From: a virus
Strand: one strand, 5' to 3'
IMG/VR virus record: IMGVR_UViG_3300017757_000001
Length of the DNA: 64,000 nt
Shown: piece after piece, positions 30,219 to 39,727 of the stretch
How positions within the stretch are numbered: the first letter of the stretch is position 1
How the letters are laid out: the number at the start of each line of letters is the position of its first letter
The notes under the pieces: generated by a model
Seen by the model: only the letters and a program-made list of their open reading frames with translations
Databases searched by the model: none
Told to the model about the DNA's origin: nothing
Position numbers and translations under genes: made by a program

Positions 30219-31082
30219 TTATTTTATTAGCCCTGCTAATTTTTTAAATCTTTGTACTTCTTGTAAGTTTAATGCAGATTCAGCATCTAATACTCCAGCT
30301 ACATCACTTTCACCTCCAGTAACATCTAATTCTACTTCATTAGTAGCAACAACGTGTGCTCTAGTGTAATAAGTAATTGTATTTCCAATTTGGTCAAGTA
30401 ATTTTTCATCACCCATACCTTTAGCTTTTTCTTGGGCCTTAGTTAATAATCCTAATACAGCTGCTGTTTCTGAATCTTCTCCAGCTAATTCTGAATCTAC
30501 TTCAATTTCTGATTTGTCGGATACATCATCAACAGTAACGTCATCTTCTACATCTACGTCAACATTAACATCATCTTCTACATCTACATTAACATCTTCT
30601 TCTTCTGCTTCTTTAAGATCATCTTCTTCATAAGTAGAACCACGCATTCCTTCATCTATCTCTTCACCACGCATTGCTTCATCTACTTCCTCACCACGCA
30701 TTGCTTCATCTAAATCTTCTTCATTTAATCTTTTCTTCATTGCCACCACAAATTTTTCGATCTTTGTAAGATAATCTTCATGATCTTCACGTGGTAATCC
30801 TCTCATAAAATTAGCAATTTCTCTCATCTGTTCATTGTAATCTTTTCCATCACCGAATTCATTTAATGTAGTTTCATTAACATCATCTTTAAAGTCTTTT
30901 TTAAGTTTAGATAACTTATCTTCATTATCTTTAATATCTTTTTCAAGATCTTTAATATGGTCTCTATCATCACGGATAGCACCTTCCATACGTTCTTGTT
31001 CTTCTTTGTTTCCTTTTTTAGAATCTTCATCTTCTCTAAGTAGAGATGACTTGATAAATTCTTTTAATTCAGATTTTTTCAT
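30219..31082 (-). CDS. Acidic scaffold-like core protein
   Basis: MKKSELK leader, DEAMRGEE repeats, C-terminal RFKKLAG shared with the scaffold. Confidence 0.55.
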   Translation of the reverse strand: MKKSELKEFIKSSLLREDEDSKKGNKEEQERMEGAIRDDRDHIKDLEKDIKDNEDKLSKLKKDFKDDVNETTLNEFGDGKDYNEQMREIANFMRGLPREDHEDYLTKIEKFVVAMKKRLNEEDLDEAMRGEEVDEAMRGEEIDEGMRGSTYEEDDLKEAEEEDVNVDVEDDVNVDVDVEDDVTVDDVSDKSEIEVDSELAGEDSETAAVLGLLTKAQEKAKGMGDEKLLDQIGNTITYYTRAHVVATNEVELDVTGGESDVAGVLDAESALNLQEVQRFKKLAGLIK

Positions 31083-31134
31083 TATTTTTATTTTAGTTGG
31101 GTTTATTTATAAATATATAAAAATTATTAATCGT

Positions 31135-32412
31135 TTATTTTTTATTATTTTTTTCTTTTAGTTGATTTTTGTAAACTTCTTTTACTAGTTTTTCTAACTT
31201 AAGTAAGTCAGGACCTGCTGGTTTTTTTCTTGGTTTTCCATCTGGTGTATAACCACATGAACCTTCATTGATTTGACTTATTATATAATCTAAAGCAGCC
31301 TCTTTATCTCCATTGTGTAATTGATCAACAACTTTTTGACCTATCTCTGCATATTCACCATTAGTCTGTGAAGGACGTTCTCCAAACTTACTTTTAATAT
31401 CTAAATATCCTGAACCAATTATAACTAAGTCCTCATCTGGATCGTCTAGATCTTCATTTAATCTATCAAATTTTGAAGATTTTTCAAATTCATCTCTAGT
31501 TATTGGATTTATCTTAATATAATTTTTTACACCATTTTTACCCATAGTATAAGTACCAGTTTCATCAGTTATTTCTTCTCTACCTATTGCTTGATCATAT
31601 GTAAGTTGTGCTTTTTCTTTTCCTTTATTTTTTATAAATCGAATAGCTTCTTCGTGGAAATGAATTTCATCAGCATATTGGTCTGATATAGGACCACCTT
31701 CTGGTTCTGCTTCCTGTTCCATATCTCTATAAAGTTGTTCAAGATTTCTTTCTAAATCTTCTAACTCATACCCATCAACTAAATCTGCTGATTTTTGGTG
31801 TAATTCTTTTATAATATATTTTGTTCCTGATTCTAAACTATTAAAATCATCTAATTTTTTTAATTCTTTTTCTTTTCCATCTTTATCAACTGCAATTACA
31901 GAATCAATAGTAGATTTACCCATTCCATCATCACGTTTGCCTGCTAATTTTTGTTTTAGTTCAGATTTAGCTCTTCTTTTACTAACAAAGGCTTCTTTTA
32001 TTTCTTGAAGTTCTTTAGGGGTTGCAAAAAATGAAACTGAAGCTGCCCATGATCTATCATCATCAATATCGGTTTCATAATCAGAAACACTTCCATACTC
32101 ATAATCAAATTTATTAGTTATTTTATTTACTTTTTCAAATGCTTTTTGTAATTTTAAAATATCATCATTTTCAAAGTAATGATAACCTCTACCTGACATT
32201 CTTATATAATATCCTTTTCTACCATCTGACATAGAGCCTCTAACTCTATCATCAAATTCTAACCCTGTTTCATCATTTATAGTTTTTACTAATTTTTTAA
32301 GATCATCTTCTTCTTCCATTTCATAAGGAGAAAGAGAATTTTCATTTAATTTAGAATATGATTCTTCTAAATATTGTTTTTTTAAATAATTATGTATACT
32401 GAATTTTTCCAT
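31135..32412 (-). CDS. Modular probable internal head protein
   Basis: LNE/IKE/INE-bounded segments; late motif at 32433-32441. Confidence 0.5.
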   Translation of the reverse strand: MEKFSIHNYLKKQYLEESYSKLNENSLSPYEMEEEDDLKKLVKTINDETGLEFDDRVRGSMSDGRKGYYIRMSGRGYHYFENDDILKLQKAFEKVNKITNKFDYEYGSVSDYETDIDDDRSWAASVSFFATPKELQEIKEAFVSKRRAKSELKQKLAGKRDDGMGKSTIDSVIAVDKDGKEKELKKLDDFNSLESGTKYIIKELHQKSADLVDGYELEDLERNLEQLYRDMEQEAEPEGGPISDQYADEIHFHEEAIRFIKNKGKEKAQLTYDQAIGREEITDETGTYTMGKNGVKNYIKINPITRDEFEKSSKFDRLNEDLDDPDEDLVIIGSGYLDIKSKFGERPSQTNGEYAEIGQKVVDQLHNGDKEAALDYIISQINEGSCGYTPDGKPRKKPAGPDLLKLEKLVKEVYKNQLKEKNNKK

Positions 32413-32448
32413 TATAGGTATGTTTTATATTGTATAAATATATAAGAA

Positions 32449-33033
32449 TTATTTAGCATTATTAATTTTTAAACTCTTTAAATATTCAATCATTTTCTCA
32501 AGACCTAGATCTACTCTTTTATCATCTGGTTTTCCTACCCAAGTTTCTATATCTCCTTGTTCTGTAATAAAATTGTCATTAGTTACTAACATTTCTTCTT
32601 TTACCCATAAACTAAATTCAGAAATTAAATTATCAATTTCTCCATTATGTATTTTATTATGGTATTCTTCCCATACCCCATTAGCTTTTAAATCATTTTC
32701 AAATTGAATAACACAACCCCAACACATTTTATGTAGTTTATAATAATCATTATCAAACCTATGCTTCATTACTGTGTTACAGTTAGGACAAAAAATTGGA
32801 GTTTTTCCTAATTTTTTTATTTTATCCAACTTAGTAATATTTTGTTTTATACCTTCTTTAATAGTCCAAGTTTTACCACTTTCTTCCCATATATCTCCTT
32901 CTTCATAAAATGATTGTTTTTTTGAATAACCAACCCCTTGAGTTGTTTTTTCTCCTGTATTTCCTGTAATTAAATTTCTAGCTCTTTGAACATCCTTTTT
33001 ACTCCATTCTTTTCTTAAAACATTATCTGACAT
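32449..33033 (-). CDS. Hypothetical Zn-finger protein
   Basis: CPNC...CWGC. Confidence 0.6.
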   Translation of the reverse strand: MSDNVLRKEWSKKDVQRARNLITGNTGEKTTQGVGYSKKQSFYEEGDIWEESGKTWTIKEGIKQNITKLDKIKKLGKTPIFCPNCNTVMKHRFDNDYYKLHKMCWGCVIQFENDLKANGVWEEYHNKIHNGEIDNLISEFSLWVKEEMLVTNDNFITEQGDIETWVGKPDDKRVDLGLEKMIEYLKSLKINNAK

Positions 33034-33038
33034 AGCTT

Positions 33039-33845
33039 TTATTTTTTATATCCTACTGCTAGGGTGTTTATTTTATCTTTTGGTTTTTGTTCTTTTACTT
33101 TAGGTAATTCAGGTAATTGAGTTAAATATAATATTGATACTTCTTGAATTATAAAATTTAATTGTGTATGTGATAATTTTTCATCACTATATAAAGTTTT
33201 AATAAATTCATATGTTTTATTTAAAAAAAATGACATTGGGGGATTAACAGAATTAGAATTTTGTTTTAATTTTAATAAATACATTTTAAAATTATCTAAT
33301 TCATCTTTTGAAAATTTTCTATCTAAATAATAATCTTTTATTTTATTTATAATTGATTTTAATTCTTTAGCTTTTACTAAATTATTAATAACTTTTTTTA
33401 CTTTTGGGGTTCTAACATTATTTGATTGGGGAGTTGGTAATGATGAAATTGTTTCATTTTCAACAGGTAATGTATTATTATCTTCTTTTATAGGGTATAT
33501 ATTTATTTGTTCTAAACCCTTTATTACACATTTTAAATATAAATTATTAATTTTATCATCACTATATAAATTTTCAATAGCTGAAATAAATTTATTTGTA
33601 ATTATACCTGGTGTTAAAACTTGGGCTCCCATCATATTAGTACCAGTTTCTAATGTTTTACATCTATTTATTATAAATTTTAATTCTTGTATTGAAATAG
33701 TATTTTTTAAAAATTGTTGTTCTATAACATTAATTAACTTTTCTGCATCTGTTAAATCATATATTTTAGGTGATTTAGTTGGTTTGTATTCATTCCTGTT
33801 TCTAGGAGAACCACCATTATACCCTATATTATTAATAATACCCAT
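33039..33845 (-). CDS. Hypothetical protein with duplicated helical segments
   Basis: Repeated LYSD(D/E)K and Q/D-EL-x-F/N-(I/F) segments. Confidence 0.5.
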   Translation of the reverse strand: MGIINNIGYNGGSPRNRNEYKPTKSPKIYDLTDAEKLINVIEQQFLKNTISIQELKFIINRCKTLETGTNMMGAQVLTPGIITNKFISAIENLYSDDKINNLYLKCVIKGLEQINIYPIKEDNNTLPVENETISSLPTPQSNNVRTPKVKKVINNLVKAKELKSIINKIKDYYLDRKFSKDELDNFKMYLLKLKQNSNSVNPPMSFFLNKTYEFIKTLYSDEKLSHTQLNFIIQEVSILYLTQLPELPKVKEQKPKDKINTLAVGYKK

Positions 33846-36742
33846 TAAAGTCCTAATTTTTTTAATTGAGAAATAGTATCAGCAGCAGATGTATGTAGTA
33901 TTCCTATACCCCCCTGTGATATCCATTGATCTATATTTGATTTTCTATCATCAATTAATATGTGATTAGGAGCAGCATAATTTTGTTTATGTGATGCTTG
34001 TGCTAATGTTAATTTTATACCAGGCATATTATTTCTTACCCATAATCTTTTACCTAATCTAGATGTTGAAGATCTTGAAGGAGAAGATAATAACTCTGTA
34101 TCATAATCTTTAATATAATCCCAATATTGTTTTCCATCTTCCATCCAAGGCATTCCTACCCAAAATCCAACTTTACCAGTTCCATCAATTAACTCCCAAA
34201 ATTTTTCTTTACCGAATTTTTTTTCATAATCTCTAGGTGCTATTCCTTTTGAATATTTTTTAAATGATTCATCAAAATCAGTTAATACTCCATCCATATC
34301 AGAAAATATTTTATAATTTTCTGACTCCACTATTGGGTGATCCATTTCAATATCTTTTGCAAGCATATCACTATTAATAGCTTCTTCTAAACCCATAGCT
34401 AATTCTCTAGCATATGCATTTAAACCAAATGGATCTTTTGTTTTTTTCTTTTCCTCTATACTAGATGTAATATCGCCATCTAAAGAATCAGTCCAATTTC
34501 TAAATACCATATTACCTTCTTGATAAGCTTCTCTTTCAATTGCATCTAAATCTTCACTATCATTAGTATTATTAGTATTAATGTTATTTAATCTATCTTC
34601 TAACCATTGAGTATGGTGAACCATTTCATGAGAAAATGATCTTACTATATCTTTTGGATGTCTACCTTCAGTATATAAAGCTATTATTTGACTATTAGGA
34701 TCATAATAAGCAGTTTTTCCAAAAAAATCTTTAGCATTTTCATTATCCCCATCTATAAATTCTATTTTAGGTAAAGGTTCTATATTTCTACCCTTTTCTA
34801 TCATATAATTAGTTAAATCTTGAATCATTTGTTTATAATCAATATAATCAGAATATGTAGCATTTTCATTTAAATATTCTTTATCTAATTGTGGGTGATA
34901 TCCTAAATATACATTTTTAATATCCCCAAATGACTCACCGTCACCTCTTAATTCTGCAGGAACAATATTATCAGGTGTTTCATACCAATATTGTACATCA
35001 TACCCTCCATCACTTTTCCAAGTAACAATTAAACCTCTTTCATATTTTTCTGAATCTGCTTGTAATATTACTGGTTCATCTACTGGTAATACAATATTAT
35101 TTTCTTTTATTAATTTTATTATTTTTTCCTCTAAAGCAATTACAGGTGTTGATGTTTTAAAATCTTTTTTTCTCATAACAGTTTTTGCAACTAAATCAAT
35201 ATCATTAGGCATTACATTTATAGCAAATGGAATGTTAATGTTACTATTAAAATCTTTTACTACAGCATCAAAGTCATTATCAATTTTAGATAAAGATTTA
35301 CCATGTTTTTTATGTAAACGTTTAAACATACCTATGAGTTCAGCTACTGATATAGGTTTATTATTACGTTTATCATTTAATCTATCTAAAAAATGTTTTG
35401 TAAATTCAATATCAATTCCTAATTTAGCAAATAATTTATCAGCATAATCTTCAATACTATCTAATTGAGTTTTAGTTACATTTTCATTTATACTCATCAT
35501 CATATCATATGATTTTGTTTTTAAATCATTTAATTGTCCTACAAAATCAGTTCTTCTTAAAACTTTAAAAGCTAAATTTTCTACACTATACTCTCCTCCT
35601 TTTAAAAGACCTGATGATCTCATATTTCTTAATCTTTCTTTTATTGAATTAACTAAGTCAATTACTTTTTGATATTCACCCCTATTAAATAATATTTCAA
35701 TTTGAGGTAATTGAGTTAAATATCCTTCAGCTTTTGATTTAATATCCTCTTTATCTATAACAATTTTATTTAAAACAGGTTCATTAATCCATTCATCATT
35801 TAATATTGAATACAATCCTGAAGCTGTATGATCATCGTTTTCATCCTCAACATAAACTTCAACTGGGTACCCAAACATATCTATATCATGTGTTTGGTTC
35901 CAAATTGATTTTTTAGCTAAAAAGTAATCTCTTGCAAATTCTTCATTATCTGCTATTTGGGAATAATCTAATACTAAATGTAAATCAACATCTGAAAATT
36001 TAGACCAATTATAATTTGCTAAACTCCCAGTTAATTTAATATCTTTTAATATTGTACCTTCAGGTAATTCTAATGAATCAAAAAAATCTTGAGCAATAAC
36101 TAATAATTTTTCTCTAATTTCAGGTTTTAATTTATTATCCTCCCAAACATCTGCAACTAGTGTGTCTTGTATATTAAATGAGTTTATAACTTCAGAAGGT
36201 ATATCTTCATTTAATTTTTCAGCTGGTTTTAGTATATTATAAACTTCAATTTTTTCATCTATTGTTAATTCAAACGGAAGATATTTAATAAATTCTTCTT
36301 GAGATGTTGTTAATGCTTTTCTAGCATTTGTACCGCTCATATTTGGATCATAAGTAGGAATAACTTTAACTTCAATATTAGGATATTTTTCTTTTAAATT
36401 TCCTGTTCTAGCTGCTACATCCAATAAATCATCATCTCTTCCTTCTCTATAACCAATAACAAAATAAATAGTATCTTGTGGGTTATTTTTTGCTAAACGA
36501 AGAATATCTCCAATAGGTTGTTTAACTGGTTCTATTTTAACCTTATTTGCTAAATAGTTGTGGTATATATCCCATACTAAAGTAGATTCTTCTTGATCCA
36601 TTCCTTCTCTTTCTTTAGCACCTACATAAATAATAAATTCATCAATTTCAGGATAATCATCTAATGCCTTTTTTACTATAGCAAAATGTCCTGCTGTTGG
36701 AGGTTTAAATCCTCCCCCGTATGCTGCTAATACTTTACCCAT
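33845..36742 (-). CDS. Six-domain polyvalent enzyme: HIGH nucleotidyltransferase + Pol-beta NTase + BECR-like RNase + unknown + HExxH metallopeptidase + HAD 5'(3')-nucleotidase
   Basis: GGFKPPTAGH..SGT; TGSLANYNW..SDVDLH; FTKHFLDRLNDKR..KTVMRK; HEMVH..E-x-EA; DMDGVL..LIDDR. Confidence 0.8.
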   Translation of the reverse strand: MGKVLAAYGGGFKPPTAGHFAIVKKALDDYPEIDEFIIYVGAKEREGMDQEESTLVWDIYHNYLANKVKIEPVKQPIGDILRLAKNNPQDTIYFVIGYREGRDDDLLDVAARTGNLKEKYPNIEVKVIPTYDPNMSGTNARKALTTSQEEFIKYLPFELTIDEKIEVYNILKPAEKLNEDIPSEVINSFNIQDTLVADVWEDNKLKPEIREKLLVIAQDFFDSLELPEGTILKDIKLTGSLANYNWSKFSDVDLHLVLDYSQIADNEEFARDYFLAKKSIWNQTHDIDMFGYPVEVYVEDENDDHTASGLYSILNDEWINEPVLNKIVIDKEDIKSKAEGYLTQLPQIEILFNRGEYQKVIDLVNSIKERLRNMRSSGLLKGGEYSVENLAFKVLRRTDFVGQLNDLKTKSYDMMMSINENVTKTQLDSIEDYADKLFAKLGIDIEFTKHFLDRLNDKRNNKPISVAELIGMFKRLHKKHGKSLSKIDNDFDAVVKDFNSNINIPFAINVMPNDIDLVAKTVMRKKDFKTSTPVIALEEKIIKLIKENNIVLPVDEPVILQADSEKYERGLIVTWKSDGGYDVQYWYETPDNIVPAELRGDGESFGDIKNVYLGYHPQLDKEYLNENATYSDYIDYKQMIQDLTNYMIEKGRNIEPLPKIEFIDGDNENAKDFFGKTAYYDPNSQIIALYTEGRHPKDIVRSFSHEMVHHTQWLEDRLNNINTNNTNDSEDLDAIEREAYQEGNMVFRNWTDSLDGDITSSIEEKKKTKDPFGLNAYARELAMGLEEAINSDMLAKDIEMDHPIVESENYKIFSDMDGVLTDFDESFKKYSKGIAPRDYEKKFGKEKFWELIDGTGKVGFWVGMPWMEDGKQYWDYIKDYDTELLSSPSRSSTSRLGKRLWVRNNMPGIKLTLAQASHKQNYAAPNHILIDDRKSNIDQWISQGGIGILHTSAADTISQLKKLGL

Positions 36743-37532
36743 TTAAAAATTGTTTTAATCTCATTTGTGCCTCTTCTTTAGATATAGTGTATTCAACTAC
36801 ATCATATATAAAATCATCACTTAACATAGCTTGGATTTCTTCTTTATCTTTAGCCTTTCTTTCATCAGATTTTTTCTGTTGTGATGGTGTTTTAGGTTTT
36901 GTGCCCGTGGGTTTGAATGGTTCAAGATATTTATCTATGATTTTATCTATATCTTGCATTCTATCATCTAAGGTATTAGCTACAGCAACAAAATTATCAC
37001 CAAATAAATCAGCATATTTAGGTAAATTATCTGTTACACTTTTCCAAGTACGCATTACAATAGCAGGTGCTAAACTTCTATCTTTACCCTCTGATTTTTC
37101 ATATCTATCTTGGTTTTGACTTAGGGAACGTTGTAAATCTGTATAAACATAAAGCATAAATACTTCATATCCTGCTTCTTCTAATTCATTTTTTAATTTA
37201 GATGTTGCATTATATGAAGCTCCTGTACCGTCTAAAATAAATGATTCTTTTCCATCTATAGTAGCATCTACATCACCTTTGAATTGTTTATTTGCTGCTG
37301 CCATTTGTTTAGCTTGCTCACTTCTTTCTTCAGGAGTAGCATTTTTTAAATCTAGAGTAACATTAGCTTTTTTTAATAAAGGAACATAAATATCATCTAC
37401 ATTTAATATTTTTATACCTCCTAAATCTAAACCCCGTAATATATAGCCTTTACCTGCTCCTGGGGCTCCTGCTAATATAATGGCTTTTGGTTTATTTATT
37501 GCTTCTTTTAAAATGTTAATTAAGCTTATCAT
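36735..37532 (-). CDS. P-loop kinase, zeta-toxin/AAA_33-like
   Basis: AGAPGAGKG, NVDD, ILDGTG, MLYVYT..S..N..R; MISLINILKE leader; late motif at 37546-37554. Confidence 0.8.
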   Translation of the reverse strand: MISLINILKEAINKPKAIILAGAPGAGKGYILRGLDLGGIKILNVDDIYVPLLKKANVTLDLKNATPEERSEQAKQMAAANKQFKGDVDATIDGKESFILDGTGASYNATSKLKNELEEAGYEVFMLYVYTDLQRSLSQNQDRYEKSEGKDRSLAPAIVMRTWKSVTDNLPKYADLFGDNFVAVANTLDDRMQDIDKIIDKYLEPFKPTGTKPKTPSQQKKSDERKAKDKEEIQAMLSDDFIYDVVEYTISKEEAQMRLKQFLNG

Positions 37533-37553
37533 AATATAATTTTATTATAAATA

Positions 37554-38324
37554 TTACAATTTTCTTTTAGCTGTAGTTTTAAATTCAGTAAATATAGGAG
37601 AATGTCTTGGATTTTCTAAATCAAATAATTTTTTTACTGTTTTAAATATATCTATGTTGTCTTCTTGTGAACGTTTTGATTCATACATTTCCCATCCTTT
37701 ACCTTGCATTGCGCCTTCCTTAGGTCCTCGTTTTGAGGATTTTAACCATAGTATACCATAATGGTCTGCTTTTTTACCATAACATTCTTCATAACATTTT
37801 CCATAAACTGCTGTTTGTAAATCGTAAGTTGTTTGTAAATGATTTGATGTTTTAAAATCAATAATCCATAATTTACCATCTATTTCACATACCATATCAC
37901 AAGTACCTGCTACTTTTAATTCATCAGAAAATAAATGTACTTCGGTTTCAATTAAAGTTGGATTATAGGTTTCCCACCAATCTACAAACTTTAAAAACAT
38001 TTGCCATACGTCAGGATTATACATTGGAATTCCATTTTGTAAAAAATTTAATTCTTTACCATTAAGATAATCTTCACACATTTCATGTACTTGAGTACCT
38101 TCTTCTCCTGCTTTTCTAACAATCCAATCTGCACTATATCCTACTTTTTTTAGCCAATCTTGAAAGAATTTACCTTTAGGGTAATAACTTAAAACATATG
38201 TTATTGATGGGTAATATTTACCATTTCTTCTATAATATCTAGAATCAGGTAAGGTAATTTGTTTTGCATCTTCAGAAATTTGTAATATTCTGTTATAAGA
38301 TTTTTTTATTATTTTTTTCGTCAT
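37554..38324 (-). CDS. PD-(D/E)xK exonuclease (RecB/Cas4-like phage exonuclease)
   Basis: YPSIT, GTQVH, AGTCD, IIDFKTS, LQ-x-A-x-Y. Confidence 0.88.
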   Translation of the reverse strand: MTKKIIKKSYNRILQISEDAKQITLPDSRYYRRNGKYYPSITYVLSYYPKGKFFQDWLKKVGYSADWIVRKAGEEGTQVHEMCEDYLNGKELNFLQNGIPMYNPDVWQMFLKFVDWWETYNPTLIETEVHLFSDELKVAGTCDMVCEIDGKLWIIDFKTSNHLQTTYDLQTAVYGKCYEECYGKKADHYGILWLKSSKRGPKEGAMQGKGWEMYESKRSQEDNIDIFKTVKKLFDLENPRHSPIFTEFKTTAKRKL

Positions 38325-39250
38325 ACTGAGAATAACTTCTTTTCCATTAAATTATATTGTGTTAATGGGGTTGTATTTTGGATTAATTTTGTAAAATGAT
38401 TAAATCCCATTTCACTAGGGTCTTTCCCTTTTAATTCTACTAAATATACTTCTTTACCTTCATTTATAAATTCTTCAGCAAATCTAATTGCTTGTTTTAT
38501 AGCATCTGTATCTAACGCTATGTATATTTTTTTAACTGTTGATGTTACTATCTTTTTCATTAAATTAGATTGAATATTTTTACCTAATAAAGGTATTGCA
38601 TTTCTTTTTATAGCAATAGCATCAAACATTCCCTCACATAATACAAGAGGTAAATTCCAATTTATTAAATGTTCATTAGGGATTATATTTCTTGAGGAAT
38701 CTGGGTTTCTAAATTTTATATATGGTTCTTTTTCAAATGAACGTGCTGTAAAATAATTTAATTTTCCTAAATAATCATAAGATGGAATAATAATCATATT
38801 ATGATAATTTCCGTATTCACAATACCCTATATTATATTTTATAATATCGCTATCTGTAATACCTCTACTTTTTAAATAATAATATGCCTGTTTCCATGTT
38901 ATAGTTTTATCATCTGGAAATATAGGAACAAATTCTTCAGGTAATTTTACATCTATTGTTTTTTCTATTATTTCATATTCTGTTTCTTCTGCTACTAATT
39001 TATATAATTCTGTAAATTTATCTGGTGGGGCTTTTACTTGTTTAAATAAATTTGATATTCTAGTACCTTTTTTATTACATACCCAACAATGCCATGGATT
39101 ATATCCTTTTTTATTTTCTGAAAAATTAACTTCTAATTTAGGTTTAGTATGATTACAAAAAGGACAATGGTAAGATTGATTACCCCTTGCAGTACGTTTA
39201 CCGTTGCCTAATACAGAATTAACTAGGTTAACTAATAGTTCATTTATCAT
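38321..39250 (-). CDS. DNA primase (Zn ribbon + TOPRIM)
   Basis: CPFC..HCWVC, YLKSRG, CEGMFDA, LDTDA, KDPSE. Confidence 0.92.
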   Translation of the reverse strand: MINELLVNLVNSVLGNGKRTARGNQSYHCPFCNHTKPKLEVNFSENKKGYNPWHCWVCNKKGTRISNLFKQVKAPPDKFTELYKLVAEETEYEIIEKTIDVKLPEEFVPIFPDDKTITWKQAYYYLKSRGITDSDIIKYNIGYCEYGNYHNMIIIPSYDYLGKLNYFTARSFEKEPYIKFRNPDSSRNIIPNEHLINWNLPLVLCEGMFDAIAIKRNAIPLLGKNIQSNLMKKIVTSTVKKIYIALDTDAIKQAIRFAEEFINEGKEVYLVELKGKDPSEMGFNHFTKLIQNTTPLTQYNLMEKKLFSV

Positions 39251-39256
39251 ATGGGG

Positions 39257-39286
39257 AATATACGGAAATTATTTTATGTCTCCAAA
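39257..39286 (-). promoter_or_regulatory. Bipartite early/middle promoter TTTGG-N18-GTATATT
   Basis: Immediately upstream of the primase, implying a near-leaderless transcript. Confidence 0.75.
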
Positions 39287-39727
39287 GTCACGTGTAAAAA
39301 ACTTACCTAATATATTATCATTAAAATACTCATCTGGTTTTTGTAGAACTTCATATAAAAATTGATATTTAGTTTCAAAATAAGTTAAAGATTTTTTACT
39401 AGTACATAAATGCAATATTTCTCTTTTAAAATTTTTTTTATCTTCTTTTTTTAAGAGTTCTGTAAGTTGTTTATTGGATCCAAAATATGTTTTCCAATCA
39501 GATTCTTTTGAAACTATTTTAAATTTAGGAGGTCTACCTTTTTGACCCTCAAATATTTTTAATTCTTTTTTACCTAATTTTTGTTTACGAGTAAAAACAA
39601 GAAATTTTTTACCAATATATTTTTTATTTGAAGGGATATGGGTTGTAACATATACAAATCCCATTATGTTAGTATCAAAATCATTAATGGAATTTATTTC
39701 TTTATTTCTATATATCCACTTATCCAT
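39269..39727 (-). CDS. GIY-YIG (Seg-like) endonuclease-family protein
   Basis: GFVY...KKYIGKK...WKTYFGS...E..YQ...FN. Confidence 0.8.
   Translation of the reverse strand: MDKWIYRNKEINSINDFDTNIMGFVYVTTHIPSNKKYIGKKFLVFTRKQKLGKKELKIFEGQKGRPPKFKIVSKESDWKTYFGSNKQLTELLKKEDKKNFKREILHLCTSKKSLTYFETKYQFLYEVLQKPDEYFNDNILGKFFTRDFGDIK

Noticed and set aside
37554-38324. Cas4-like gene as a sign of a CRISPR system
   Set aside because: No array or other cas genes; ordinary phage exonuclease next to the primase
39269-39727. Active mobile homing element
   Set aside because: Only a short catalytic-type GIY-YIG domain with no intron context or evident DNA-binding extension; kept as a CDS
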